Shown here: positions 35,257 to 45,061 of the stretch, in pieces
Layout: the number at the start of each line of letters is the position of its first letter
Numbering within the stretch: position 1 is the first letter of the stretch
Notes under the pieces: model-generated
What the model was told of the DNA's origin: nothing
What the model saw: the letters and a program-made list of their open reading frames with translations, nothing else
Database searches by the model: none
Assembly (NCBI GenBank): GCA_963703955.1
Contig: CAVPGK010000013.1
Coordinates: forward strand, 104,295 to 168,294
Source of the DNA: Nitrospirota bacterium
GTDB taxonomy: Bacteria; Nitrospirota; Nitrospiria; Nitrospirales; Nitrospiraceae
Length of the DNA: 64,000 nucleotides
Direction of reading: 5' to 3'
Translations under genes and position numbers: made by a program

Positions 35257-36786
35257 ATGCTCATGGGCGATACAGTACAGAGTGATCGCGACCGGTCGTT
35301 CTCTTACTTCACGATCGACCGGGCTTCGGACGCGATCTTCTGGATCGACTCGCACGCTCGCTGCCACCGCGTCAACGAAGCGGCCTGCCGCATGCTGGGG
35401 TATGCGTCCGAGGAGCTTCAATCCATGACGATCCACGACTTCTGTCCCGAGCACCCGATCGAAGGATGGCGGGAACATTGGGGGCTGCTGAAGGCCAGCA
35501 AGGCTAGGATGTTTGAGACCCGTCTGCGCGCCAAAGACGGTCGCCTCATCCCCGTCGAGATATCCAGCAACTACCTCGAATTTGAAGGAAAGGAATATAC
35601 ATGCGCCTTCGCCCGGGATTTGACGAGACGGAAGCAGGCAGAGGCGGTGGTCGCGCAACTCCAACGTCAGAACGAACTGATCTTGAATGCCGCCGGCGAG
35701 GGCATCTTTGGCCTGGACTTGAACGGGAATCACACCTTCGTGAACCCCGCAGCGGCGGGCATGTTGGGATTCGCTCCGAACGAACTGCTTGGCCGGCACA
35801 GCCATAGCACTTGGCATCATACGAAGCCAGACGGCAGTCCGTATCCGGCCGAGGAGTGTCCGATTTACCGAGCGTATAAAGACGGCCAGTCTCACTGGGG
35901 AGACGACGAAACGTTTTGGCGGAAGGATGGCACGAGTTTTCCGGCTCAGTATACGAGCACACCCATTCGCGACGAAGCGGGCGTTCTCCTGGGAGCGGTG
36001 GTCACCTTTCTCGACATCACGGAGCGCAAGCGGATGGCCGCGCAGCTTCTGCAGGAAGCCAAGCTAGCGGAAGTAGCGCGCATGTTGGGCGATATCGGCC
36101 ATGACATCAAGAATATGCTGATGCCCGTCCTGACCGGCGCCCAGCTCTTGCAAGACGAAGTCGCCGAGCTGTTCGATCGGGTGCGTGCGCTCGGGGAGAC
36201 CCAGATCGAGGACAGACGAACCATGGCCACCGAACTCTTGAACATGATCACCGGCAACGCACAGCGGATTCATGACCGCGTTCGGGAAATCGCCGATGCG
36301 GTGAAGGGAGCGACCAGCCCGCCGCAGTTCGCCCCCTGTCAGGTGGCGAAGGTAGTGTCCGATGTCATGGATACCCTCCGCCAGTACGCGGGTCAGAAAG
36401 GGGTGACGCTAGAAACTGAGGGGCTGGAGGTGTTGCCAGCGATTCAGGCGGACGAGCGCCGTCTGTTCAACGCCTTCTACAATCTCATCAATAACGCCAT
36501 CCCGGAAGTGCCGGCGGGAGGGTCTGTCACCGTTCGAGGGCAACGCGACACGCAAGGAAAGACTCTCCACCTGTTGGTCGCGGACACAGGTCGAGGCATG
36601 CCGCCGGAGATCCGCGACAGCTTGTTTACCCCCAATGTCGTGAGTCGGAAACCCGGAGGGACGGGACTGGGAACCAAGATCGTGAAGGACGTCATCGATG
36701 CGCATGGAGGTACGATCAGGGTGGAGAGTGAGCAAGGGAGGGGCACGACGTTCCATATCGGGTTGCCCATCGCCAGACCGCAGTGA
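35257..36786 (+). CDS. PAS-domain sensor histidine kinase (NtrB/AtoS-like H-box)
   Basis: 509 aa with two PAS repeats. H-box GDIGHDIKNML, N-box FYNLINNAIPE, G1 ADTGRGMP, G2 GGTGLGTKIV. It is cytoplasmic, with no TM segment. Confidence 0.9.
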   Translation: MLMGDTVQSDRDRSFSYFTIDRASDAIFWIDSHARCHRVNEAACRMLGYASEELQSMTIHDFCPEHPIEGWREHWGLLKASKARMFETRLRAKDGRLIPVEISSNYLEFEGKEYTCAFARDLTRRKQAEAVVAQLQRQNELILNAAGEGIFGLDLNGNHTFVNPAAAGMLGFAPNELLGRHSHSTWHHTKPDGSPYPAEECPIYRAYKDGQSHWGDDETFWRKDGTSFPAQYTSTPIRDEAGVLLGAVVTFLDITERKRMAAQLLQEAKLAEVARMLGDIGHDIKNMLMPVLTGAQLLQDEVAELFDRVRALGETQIEDRRTMATELLNMITGNAQRIHDRVREIADAVKGATSPPQFAPCQVAKVVSDVMDTLRQYAGQKGVTLETEGLEVLPAIQADERRLFNAFYNLINNAIPEVPAGGSVTVRGQRDTQGKTLHLLVADTGRGMPPEIRDSLFTPNVVSRKPGGTGLGTKIVKDVIDAHGGTIRVESEQGRGTTFHIGLPIARPQ

Positions 36787-37124
36787 CGGCCTCTGTTCGA
36801 TCTGATTCCCCTCGTCGTCAGGACGAATCGACGCCACCTCGCGCTCTGATTACTATGCCTCCTGGTTCGCACTTGCTGGCCGCACCCCGCTAAATTGCTT
36901 ACGCTCACGATTACCCGATGAGGATGATCACATGATTCAGGGGTAGTCCAGATCAAGGAAAGTGTAACGGAAGGTCTTGGTTCGCCAAGAAATCGGCAAT
37001 TGAAAGCCCCAACCCAGACGCAACCAATCTTTTGCTTCCTCTGACACTTGTTCCCTGCAAGGGGATCACTAATTGAATACGATACTTCAATAAGAGATCG
37101 GATGTCATAAATCATCTCTGAGCC

Positions 37125-39866
37125 ATGACTCACGTCAGGCCGTTGTATATCGCACCGCTTTCTCAGGACGCCGTCGAAGCCGGATATCTGATCCTTCGTG
37201 ATGGTTCTACCGCTACAATCCGCGTCGCTCAGCCGAGGGATGCGGCCGCGCTTCAAGCCTTCGTTGATCGACTCTCGCCGCAATCGAAGCGACACCGGTT
37301 TTTCTCAGAGGGCAGTCCTCCTGCGGAATTGATCGCGTCCTTCTGCGACAGTTCCGATGCCCGTTCACTGCTCACATTGCTCGTCATCAGGACATGGAAG
37401 GGCGCGGAGCGTATCATTGCCGCAGGGTCATACCTGGCGAAAAACGAGGACACGGCCGAAGTCGCGCTGGCAGTGGATGACGATTTTCATGGAAAGGGGT
37501 TAGGGACGCTGCTCTTGGAACGACTCGCCCAGCTGGCCATACGACAGGGGTATATTCGGCTCTGGGCCATCACCCACACCGACAATTCGGCCATGCGCGA
37601 GGTGTTTAAGGAGTCCGGTTTTGACGCTCGTGAAACATTCGACAACGGGGACATGGAGGTCGCGCTGTCGCTCGTTCCGACGGCCGCCACGGTGGTCCGT
37701 TCCGAAGCTCGGGAACGCATCGCCGCAACCGCGTCACTCCTGCCGTTCTTCAAGCCTCGGTCGGTGGCGGTAATCGGCGCCTCGCGTGATTTTTCAAGTA
37801 TTGGGTACAAGCTGCTGGACTCATTGATTACGGCCGGATTCAAAGGGCCGGTCTATCCGGTCAATCCACACGCGGCTGAACTTCGCGGCCTACGAGCATA
37901 CCAATCGATGCTCGATGTGCCGAAGCCGGTGGATCTGGCGCTGATCGCCGTCCCCCGCGACGCCGTCCTCAACGTGATTGATGATTGTGCGAGCCAAGGT
38001 GTCAGGGCCCTGGTTGTCATCAGTGCAGGCTTCGCCGAAGTCGGTGCCGAGGGCCGCGATCTTCAAAATCGGCTCGTCCAGCGAGTACGACAGCACGGCA
38101 TGCGCATGGTCGGTCCGAATTGTTTTGGATTGGTGAATACGGATCCTGAGGTAAGACTTAACGGGACCTTTTCATCTGCTTTTCCACCGTCCGGGCGTGT
38201 CGCGATGTCGTCCCAAAGCGGAGCGCTGGGCCTTGCGATTTTGGCGGCAGCTCGACGCCTCCATCTCGGGATCTCCACCTTCGTGAGTGTCGGGAATAAA
38301 GCGGACGTATCCGGGAACGATCTCCTTCAATATTGGGAAGAGGACCCGACCACTGATGTCATCCTGCTCTACATGGAATCCTTCGGTAACCCGCGTCGCT
38401 TTGCACACATTGCCCGCCGCGTCAGCCGCCGTAAGCCCATCGTGGCGATCAAGGCCGGACGAACTCAGTCAGGACGACGCGCAGCGGGGTCTCATACTGC
38501 GGCATTGGCCGCGAGCGACGTGGCCGTCGAGGCACTGTTTCTCCAGACCGGCATCATCCGCGCGGAGACATTGGAAGACATGTTTGCGCTTGCTACTGGT
38601 TTATCGAGCCAACCCTTGCCGGCAGGACGTCACGTGGCGATCGTCACAAACGCAGGCGGTCCGGCGATTCTGTGCACCGATGCGTGTGAAGCCGGTGGGT
38701 TGATCATCCCGGAACTCTCCGACCGGATCAAGGACAGCCTGGCAACTTTGTTGCACCCGGCCGCAGTGTTAAGGAATCCGGTCGACCTCATTGCTTCGGC
38801 CACGCCCGAGCACTACCGCAAGACCATCGGGATTCTCATGGAAGCAGATGAGATTGATGCGTTGATCGTGCTTTACACGTCCGTGACCGCGGGTGACAAC
38901 ACCGCGATGGCTGACGGCATTCTCGCCGGTATCACGGCGGGACGTGCTGCCGGAGCGAAGGATAAACCAGTGGTGGTCTGTTGGATCGCAGAAGGAGATC
39001 ATGATCGGACTCTCACGAACGAGCGCGAGACGATTCCTATCTATCTCCTACCCGAAATACCGGCGAGGGTGCTGAGCAAAGCCGCTACCTACGGGGAGTG
39101 GCGCAGGCAACCCGTCGGTATGATACCGGACTTTGACGATCTCGATCTGCCGCTGGCGCGAGCGATCTGTGAGAAAGCAGCTACCGAGCGAGGCGGAGGA
39201 TGGCTGACCACCGAGGAAACGCGAGCGGTGCTTACGGCCATGCGCCTACCCGTTCTTCCGGGAGGCGTGGCCCAGACGGCCGAGGAGGCAGCGGATCTCG
39301 CGACCCATGTCGGATTTCCGGTCGCGGTGAAGTTGGCCTCACACCGATTGGTCCACAAAACGGAAGTCGGTGGCGTGTGCTTGAATCTCACGAGTGAGAC
39401 GGCCGTTCGAGAGGCCTTTACCGCGATCCGAGAACGCTTGGCGCGCGACGGCAAGGTCGACGCCATGGAAGGTGCGCTGGTGCAACCGATGTTGTCCGGT
39501 GGGGTCGAAGTCATGATCGGGATGACGCAGGACCCGTCGTTCGGTCCTCTGATCGCCTTCGGACTGGGCGGCATTCATGTCGAAATTCTCGGCGATGTCC
39601 GATTTCGCATTACACCGCTCACGGATCGCGATGCCGCTGATATGGTGCGAGCGATCCGGGGCTACCGCCTCCTGGAAGGCTACCGTGGCTATCCTCCGGC
39701 CGACGTGAAGGCGATCGAAAATGTCCTCTTACGGGTCTCGCGATTGGTGGAAGCGATTCATGAGATCACCGAACTGGATCTGAACCCGATCTTCGCCCTC
39801 CCTCCCAACGAAGGCTGCCGCATTGTTGACGCGAGGATTCGCCTCGGATTGCCTGAGCTCCCGTGA
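37125..39866 (+). CDS. GNAT acetyltransferase fused to ADP-forming acyl-CoA synthetase-like domains (Pat-like protein acetyltransferase)
   Basis: 913 aa. N-terminal GNAT (..VDDDFHGKGLGTLLLERL..), CoA-binding and ligase-CoA domains (PRSVAVIGASRD..), and a C-terminal ATP-grasp. Confidence 0.9.
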   Translation: MTHVRPLYIAPLSQDAVEAGYLILRDGSTATIRVAQPRDAAALQAFVDRLSPQSKRHRFFSEGSPPAELIASFCDSSDARSLLTLLVIRTWKGAERIIAAGSYLAKNEDTAEVALAVDDDFHGKGLGTLLLERLAQLAIRQGYIRLWAITHTDNSAMREVFKESGFDARETFDNGDMEVALSLVPTAATVVRSEARERIAATASLLPFFKPRSVAVIGASRDFSSIGYKLLDSLITAGFKGPVYPVNPHAAELRGLRAYQSMLDVPKPVDLALIAVPRDAVLNVIDDCASQGVRALVVISAGFAEVGAEGRDLQNRLVQRVRQHGMRMVGPNCFGLVNTDPEVRLNGTFSSAFPPSGRVAMSSQSGALGLAILAAARRLHLGISTFVSVGNKADVSGNDLLQYWEEDPTTDVILLYMESFGNPRRFAHIARRVSRRKPIVAIKAGRTQSGRRAAGSHTAALAASDVAVEALFLQTGIIRAETLEDMFALATGLSSQPLPAGRHVAIVTNAGGPAILCTDACEAGGLIIPELSDRIKDSLATLLHPAAVLRNPVDLIASATPEHYRKTIGILMEADEIDALIVLYTSVTAGDNTAMADGILAGITAGRAAGAKDKPVVVCWIAEGDHDRTLTNERETIPIYLLPEIPARVLSKAATYGEWRRQPVGMIPDFDDLDLPLARAICEKAATERGGGWLTTEETRAVLTAMRLPVLPGGVAQTAEEAADLATHVGFPVAVKLASHRLVHKTEVGGVCLNLTSETAVREAFTAIRERLARDGKVDAMEGALVQPMLSGGVEVMIGMTQDPSFGPLIAFGLGGIHVEILGDVRFRITPLTDRDAADMVRAIRGYRLLEGYRGYPPADVKAIENVLLRVSRLVEAIHEITELDLNPIFALPPNEGCRIVDARIRLGLPELP

Positions 39867-39986
39867 GACTCGTCACACGACTGAGGATAATTTGACCGGA
39901 ATTGACGATCAGGCCATGAAATCAGGCGGTACTCGTTTGACGAGGGCTTATCGGTCAAATCGGCACCTTTGATCGTCCGGAACGAG

Positions 39987-40349
39987 TCAGAGGGCCGGGT
40001 AGAACGGCGCGAGCGTCCGAATGTAGCCGACCACCTCCAACATCTCATCATCGGTGATTCGGCCCTGCCATCCGTGCATGGGGCTGAAGGCGATCCCATA
40101 CGCAATGGTCGTCAATAATTCGAAATCGGTTTTGGAGCGGGACCGCGCCGTGTGGAAATTCGCGGGCGGTACGATCAAGGTGATGGCATCAGGGCCGTCT
40201 CCCTTGCCCGTCACGCCATGGCAGCGCGCGCAGTGTTCCTCGTAGATGGCTTGCCCGGTCCGTATCCGTCCTCCCTCTCCGTGCGCGGTGACCCACGCAC
40301 TGCAGAGCATGATACCCAAAACACCGGCGACAACCGCAGTCTTTTTCAT
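39987..40349 (-). CDS. c-type cytochrome (monohaem)
   Basis: ORF track gives 39987..40511. I start it at ATG 40349 (AAGGAGA upstream, signal peptide MKKTAVVAGVLGIMLCSAWVTA). CARCH haem motif. Confidence 0.8.
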   Translation of the reverse strand: MKKTAVVAGVLGIMLCSAWVTAHGEGGRIRTGQAIYEEHCARCHGVTGKGDGPDAITLIVPPANFHTARSRSKTDFELLTTIAYGIAFSPMHGWQGRITDDEMLEVVGYIRTLAPFYPAL

Positions 40350-40419
40350 TACCCGGTCTCCTTTCCGTGACGCCAGCCTATCGAATCGGGGAGTGACAGT
40401 ATTGCAGAATCTTCCACGG

Positions 40420-41277
40420 TTAGCGCACCACCAACACCGAGCCGCGCGCGCGATGGGCGGCGGAATGCGAAACGCTTCCCAGCAAGAACCGACTGAATCC
40501 TGAGCGACCATGGGACCCCAGGACGAGAAGATCGTGAGTGTCGGACTCCCGGACGATCACGTCGAGCGGATCTCCGCTGAACGCCTGGCCCTTCGCGGTA
40601 TAGTGTGTCCCGGTCAGCTCTCCCGCGATCCTGTCGACGAGCTCTTGGCTTGTCTGCAACGCGACTTCGCCCCAGGGCTCAAAAGCCGGGATGGCGACAG
40701 GGGTCATGCCATGGGGTGTCGGCACGACGCTGATTACCGTGAGCTGAACCGGCTTCTGAAAGGGATGGTGGTGAAGCCATCTTTGGAGACGCGCGGCATC
40801 CTCAGGGCCCTCGATCGCGAGTAAGACCCGCTGTAGCTCATGGATCGGCTGTTTCACGATGAGCGTTGGGCGAGTCGCGTGGGTGAGGACTCGGTGTGAC
40901 ACGCTGTCGAGGAACCACTCGTGGAGGCGCCCCAAACCGCGCGCCCCTACGACGACCAGATCGGCGCCTGTCGTCTCGGCGGCATCGAGAAGCACTGCGG
41001 CCGGTGTTCCGATCTCACAGACGCGCCTCACCGAGACTCCATCAATCGGAACAAGAGCCGCGGTCTTGTCGAGGACCTCTTTCCCTGCGTCCAACATCGC
41101 GCGACGAAACTCTTCAAATGCCTGTTTCGAGACGGCGGGCACCAAGAGCGGATTCTCGAAGGGTCGGAGATCCGTCGCGTGGACCAGCACGACCTCTTGT
41201 GGTGTATAGAGCTGAAAGGCGGTCTCAACGGCGGTGAACGCTTGTTCAGCCCAATCGACGCCGATGACGATTCGCAT
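40420..41277 (-). CDS. universal stress protein (tandem USP domains)
   Basis: 285 aa with two UspA repeats (..DLVVVGARGLGRL..SVSHRV.., ..DLLVLGSHGRSGFSRFLLGSVSHS..VLVV). Confidence 0.9.
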   Translation of the reverse strand: MRIVIGVDWAEQAFTAVETAFQLYTPQEVVLVHATDLRPFENPLLVPAVSKQAFEEFRRAMLDAGKEVLDKTAALVPIDGVSVRRVCEIGTPAAVLLDAAETTGADLVVVGARGLGRLHEWFLDSVSHRVLTHATRPTLIVKQPIHELQRVLLAIEGPEDAARLQRWLHHHPFQKPVQLTVISVVPTPHGMTPVAIPAFEPWGEVALQTSQELVDRIAGELTGTHYTAKGQAFSGDPLDVIVRESDTHDLLVLGSHGRSGFSRFLLGSVSHSAAHRARGSVLVVR

Positions 41278-41328
41278 GGTACCACTCCTTCGGTGGCGAT
41301 CATGAAAGGGTTGCGGGCTCGGCTCCTA

Positions 41329-41490
41329 TCAAAGGTCAGCACGAGATCGTTTCAAGTGGCGTCCCGTGACCAGAAAGAGCGCCTGGCCGGACCCGCGGCA
41401 TTTCTCGAGCGCGCACTCCAACTCGTAAGGGACCGTACCATCCACGCCAAATGTCCCGTCACAATCAAACGCCGTCATGCGGCGGTACAT
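41329..41490 (-). pseudogene. 5' remnant of a HAD-superfamily hydrolase gene (53 codons)
   Basis: Own translation: MYRRMTAFDCDGTFGVDGTVPYELECALEKCRGSGQALFLVTGRHLKRSRADL*. It has the DxDGT motif I and a GGGAGG RBS, but only about one fifth of the normal length. Not in the ORF track. Confidence 0.4.
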
Positions 41491-41528
41491 AGTGCCTCCC
41501 CGTTCTCGGGATCTGCGGGAGAGCCCAC

Positions 41529-42044
41529 TTAGCGCGTCCAGGTCACTCGGGCAAACTGTGTATCGTCGTTGTAGTGGAGGCTGAACTCGCCTTGGTAAGC
41601 ATGGCGCAAGGCCTCACCGATGCGCCGCGGGAGGTGCGTGTCGGTGGTCGCGATCATCATGCCATTACCCTTCTCTTCGACGGAGATGATTCGAGACAGG
41701 GGATGTTCGGCCTTGGCTTTTGCCTCTTCATGACGGATCACGCTGAGGATTTCCTGCTGATGTTCGATTGCGAAAGGACCGCTCACCGTCAACAGGCCTT
41801 GAGGGGATTGATGATTGATCCGTTGGCACGCCGGACACAAGGTTTCCTGCGCCCGGATCGGCTTGGCTTTCCAGGTCCACCGGCCTTTGTGGAACACGGC
41901 GCCGCACTGTGGGCAGACCGTTGGCTCCCGGAGTTTCCCTTGTGATTTCTCGCTGCCTGGGGGGTAGGCCTGCACGGGCCGGTCAGATCTTGTCGGTCGG
42001 GCAATGGGCTTCTTTGATCGTTCGGTCATGGATTTGCACTCCAC
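41529..42044 (-). CDS. BCAM0308-family (NMD3-like zinc-ribbon) protein
   Basis: 171 aa with CPQCGAVFHKGRW..CPACQR zinc ribbon and a conserved tail ..THLPRRIGEALRHAYQGE. The family name is from memory. Confidence 0.7.
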   Translation of the reverse strand: MECKSMTERSKKPIARPTRSDRPVQAYPPGSEKSQGKLREPTVCPQCGAVFHKGRWTWKAKPIRAQETLCPACQRINHQSPQGLLTVSGPFAIEHQQEILSVIRHEEAKAKAEHPLSRIISVEEKGNGMMIATTDTHLPRRIGEALRHAYQGEFSLHYNDDTQFARVTWTR

Positions 42045-42065
42045 TGGTAACGCGTCGGAAACAGA

Positions 42066-42743
42066 TCAAGCATGTGAAGGTCGAGCGGCGTCCCGAATGG
42101 CCGCCTCGGCCAATGCCAGATACCGAACCACATCGTCGTCTTCGACTTGACGGAAATCCCTGTACCGATTACCGACCGCAAAGAACGGCTCCGGCACCAT
42201 CAACACCAGCAGTTCGTCCACCATCGGCTTGATCTCTCGAAGGGTGTCGAGCGGGCCGACCGGAATACCTGCAACCAGTCGGCCCACGCGCCGGCTTCTT
42301 AAATCTTGGATGGTGGCGATGAATGTGGCGCCGGTCGCAATACCGTCATCCACGAGTAGGATCGTTCGATCAGTCAGGACCGGCAGGGGTCGTCCGTGGC
42401 GGTAGAGTATTCCTCGTCTCGCGATTTCTTCCTTCTGCGTCCGGATCTCGTTTTCCAGATAACCCGGAGAGGCGGAAAGCGCATCAATCACCTCCCGCGC
42501 GTGAGGGTTCAGATACACAGAGCCGGTCTCCGTGACCGCGCCAACGGCATATTCCGGATCGCCGGGGGCTCCCAGCTTGCGCGTCAGAAACACATCCATG
42601 GGGACGTGGAGAGCCTGACTTACGGCATAGCCAACCGCGACGCCCCCGCGAGGCAAAGCCAGGATCAGAGCGTTCGGATCGTCCCGATACGCCATCATTC
42701 GTTCAGCCAATACACGCCCAGCTTCTTCCCGATTCACAAACAT
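42066..42743 (-). CDS. phosphoribosyltransferase family protein
   Basis: 225 aa. ..LILALPRGGVAVG.. and the PRPP loop ILLVDDGIATGAT. Confidence 0.9.
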   Translation of the reverse strand: MFVNREEAGRVLAERMMAYRDDPNALILALPRGGVAVGYAVSQALHVPMDVFLTRKLGAPGDPEYAVGAVTETGSVYLNPHAREVIDALSASPGYLENEIRTQKEEIARRGILYRHGRPLPVLTDRTILLVDDGIATGATFIATIQDLRSRRVGRLVAGIPVGPLDTLREIKPMVDELLVLMVPEPFFAVGNRYRDFRQVEDDDVVRYLALAEAAIRDAARPSHA

Positions 42744-42767
42744 CAGAGAAGGTCCTCCATGACCCCT

Positions 42768-42962
42768 TTAACGGGTACCTATAAATAAAAATAAAGCTGG
42801 GGTGGCTGCGTATGGAAGTCCACCTGCGACGCGTACACCGATGAAAAGGATCGCGAGCAGACTAAATCCGGCGATGAGCCACCACAGCCTCCACGACGAC
42901 CGACCGGACACCGCCGTTGATTGCAGAAAAAGGCCTTCGAGGTCGTGCATCCTGGACCTCAT
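42768..42962 (-). CDS. small membrane protein (hypothetical)
   Basis: 64 aa from ATG 42962 (AGGAGG 5 nt upstream). One hydrophobic helix WWLIAGFSLLAILFIGV. Confidence 0.4.
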   Translation of the reverse strand: MRSRMHDLEGLFLQSTAVSGRSSWRLWWLIAGFSLLAILFIGVRVAGGLPYAATPALFLFIGTR

Positions 42963-42984
42963 GGTCACCTCCTGCTACAGTCGT

Positions 42985-43458
42985 TCAAGCGATTTTCACC
43001 TCGATGCTCTTCGGTCTCGCCTTCTCGGACTTAGACAGATGCACCTTAAGGACGCCGTCCTTGTAGTCAGCGGATACTTTACCCTCATCAGCATCCTCCG
43101 GTAGCGTAAAACTCCGCATGAAACTTCCATAGGCCCTTTCGACCCGGTGATATTTCTTGCCCTTTTCTTCCTTCTCATATTTCCGCTCACCCGTGATCGT
43201 AAGGACATTGTCATTGATGGTCAGTTTCACATCCTCTTTCTTGACTTCGGGTAGCTCGGCCTTGATGAGATACTCCTTCTCGTCCTCGGTGATATCCACG
43301 AGCGGAGTCCACTCCGCGACGGTCATCTCTTCTTTCCCGCCTTCCGCGCGTACCGGTGTGCGACCGAAGAGCGTTGACAGACGATTTTGCATCTCCTCCA
43401 ACTCTTTGAACGGATCCAAACGCATCTTGAATGGTTCCCAACGTGTTAGCGCACCCAT
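42985..43458 (-). CDS. Hsp20/alpha-crystallin family small heat-shock protein
   Basis: 157 aa. ..WTPLVDITEDEKEYLIKAELPEVKKEDVKL..ERAYGSFMRSFTLPEDAD..VSADYKDGVLKVHL. Confidence 0.9.
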   Translation of the reverse strand: MGALTRWEPFKMRLDPFKELEEMQNRLSTLFGRTPVRAEGGKEEMTVAEWTPLVDITEDEKEYLIKAELPEVKKEDVKLTINDNVLTITGERKYEKEEKGKKYHRVERAYGSFMRSFTLPEDADEGKVSADYKDGVLKVHLSKSEKARPKSIEVKIA

Positions 43459-43534
43459 GGCGTCCCCTCCTTCTTCTTGAAGTGAACTGCTGGTCTGGCA
43501 TGTTCGTGAGCCGAACCTCTCTACACGATTCCCT

Positions 43535-43550
43535 TGCAGGTGGGATGCCA
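43535..43550 (-). promoter_or_regulatory. sigma-54-type promoter TGGCATcccacCTGCA
   Basis: Anchored through ORF 43211..43627 (NSGIPPA = aattctggcatcccacctgca). It lies 77 nt upstream of the hsp20 start. Confidence 0.5.
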
Positions 43551-43768
43551 GAATTGCAGTGATTGCCTAGTCCTAAGGTCTGGAAAGACGGCGCAATTTG
43601 GATGCTGGTTTGACTGAAGAGAGACAATGGCTTTTGACGTGGGGTGTTTCGGGTCAGCGGGCGGAACGATCATGTTGCGAAATTCCCCAAATCAACAGTC
43701 AGCCCGTGAGCCTGATATTCATGTGGAGACTGAACGTTGATCCGGACTCAGGAGTGGTTACTCTAATA

Positions 43769-44074
43769 TTAGGAGGTGAGGAAAAGCCAAAGAAGGGCTT
43801 GGCGGGCATGCAAGAGATCGGTGCCCGTCTTCATGCAGCCAGCGTGCAAGAGGGTATCGCTGCTGTGCCCGTCGCGGGGTTCTGGTCCGAAGGACGCGCT
43901 TTCAACTCGGTGCCAGTAGTAGGCACGGCCGTCGATACGCGGCCAATGATTGGGGAGGCGCGGGGCAACCAGCCAGACAGGGACCTGCCGGGTTGCCGGA
44001 TAGACCCCGGCTATGTGACAGCGCCGGTGTCCACATGAGGACGGGTAGCTTATGTTAAGTCGGTGACATTCCAT
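43769..44074 (-). CDS. hypothetical protein, possibly L,D-transpeptidase-like
   Basis: 101 aa with high third-position GC. LLHAGCMKTGTDLL weakly resembles the SxGC(I/V)R catalytic motif of YkuD-type enzymes. The protein is short for that family. Confidence 0.35.
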   Translation of the reverse strand: MECHRLNISYPSSCGHRRCHIAGVYPATRQVPVWLVAPRLPNHWPRIDGRAYYWHRVESASFGPEPRDGHSSDTLLHAGCMKTGTDLLHARQALLWLFLTS

Positions 44075-44080
44075 GGCCTG

Positions 44081-45052
44081 TTAGAGTAGAGCCGTTGCAA
44101 TAGTCAGGTAGACCGCTACGCTCAGGAGATCTTGCACCACGGTCGCAATGGGCCCGCTCGCAAGCGCGGGATCTGTTCCAATCCGGTCAAGCCCCCAGGG
44201 CAGGAGGCTCGCCACCAGTGTCGCGATGAGTGATGTGGTTGCCAATGTCAATCCGATTACGATTGCTAACTGCCCCCGCCCATCGACGATCCACAGCCCA
44301 ACTCCTGCCAACCCGCCGATACTCAATCCGATAAGCAGGCCAAGGGTTCCTTCTCGTAACAGTTGAGTGAGAAGCGGAACGCGACCATAGGCCAAGGCGC
44401 GAACCAGTACCGTTTCGGTTTGTGTGCCAACGGCATCGGCCATATAGACTACGAGCGGGAGGAAGAAGGCCAGGGCAATTTCCCTTTCCAGAGCCGCTTC
44501 AAAGGTTCTGGCGACCCCGGCTGCCAACCAACCTCCAACTAAGCCGATCATGAGCCACGGAACTCTGGCCTTGAACGCGTTGAGAGTATTGTGCGTCTCG
44601 GTTGGAGCTGGATGAAACGTCCCGACGCCTGCGGTGCGGAGAAGATCGTCCACGTGCTCCTCATGAAGCAATGCCAGCAGACGCCCAATGGGAATCGCGC
44701 CGAGTAGCGTCCGGTTGGCATCAACCACAGTGACATCCGCGTCATGTCGCTCGACCGCCAACAGCGCAACGGTCTCAGCATTTTCATCGGGAGAGACTTC
44801 CAGGGGCGGGAGCCCACGCAAGTCATCAAGGCACTGATCCGGTAATGCCGCAAGCAATCGCTCCACCGGCACCTGTCCCACAAGCCGAGACTTGTCATCG
44901 ACAAGATAGAGGTGACCGGCTTCGTCCGGAGGATGGGCGTGCAGCGCGGTCAGGGCGTGGTCGACCGTATCCTCAGGGTGGGCGCGTGGGATGGACGAGG
45001 TCATCACATCAGTGGCCGTGAGTCGGCCGTCTTTGAGGGAGGTTTCTTGCAC
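44081..45052 (-). CDS. mgtE: magnesium transporter MgtE (CBS pair plus TM domain, no N-domain)
   Basis: 323 aa. A CBS pair, then the MgtE membrane domain (..FFLPLVVYMADAVGTQTETV.. ..DPALASGPIATVVQDLLSV..). Confidence 0.9.
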   Translation of the reverse strand: MQETSLKDGRLTATDVMTSSIPRAHPEDTVDHALTALHAHPPDEAGHLYLVDDKSRLVGQVPVERLLAALPDQCLDDLRGLPPLEVSPDENAETVALLAVERHDADVTVVDANRTLLGAIPIGRLLALLHEEHVDDLLRTAGVGTFHPAPTETHNTLNAFKARVPWLMIGLVGGWLAAGVARTFEAALEREIALAFFLPLVVYMADAVGTQTETVLVRALAYGRVPLLTQLLREGTLGLLIGLSIGGLAGVGLWIVDGRGQLAIVIGLTLATTSLIATLVASLLPWGLDRIGTDPALASGPIATVVQDLLSVAVYLTIATALL

Positions 45053-45061
45053 GCGGTCGAC

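Noticed and set aside
35077-37295. Two 272-aa minus-strand ORFs (35077..35895 and 36477..37295).
   Set aside because: Both are antisense to the PAS histidine kinase and the start of the GNAT fusion gene. Neither has motifs.
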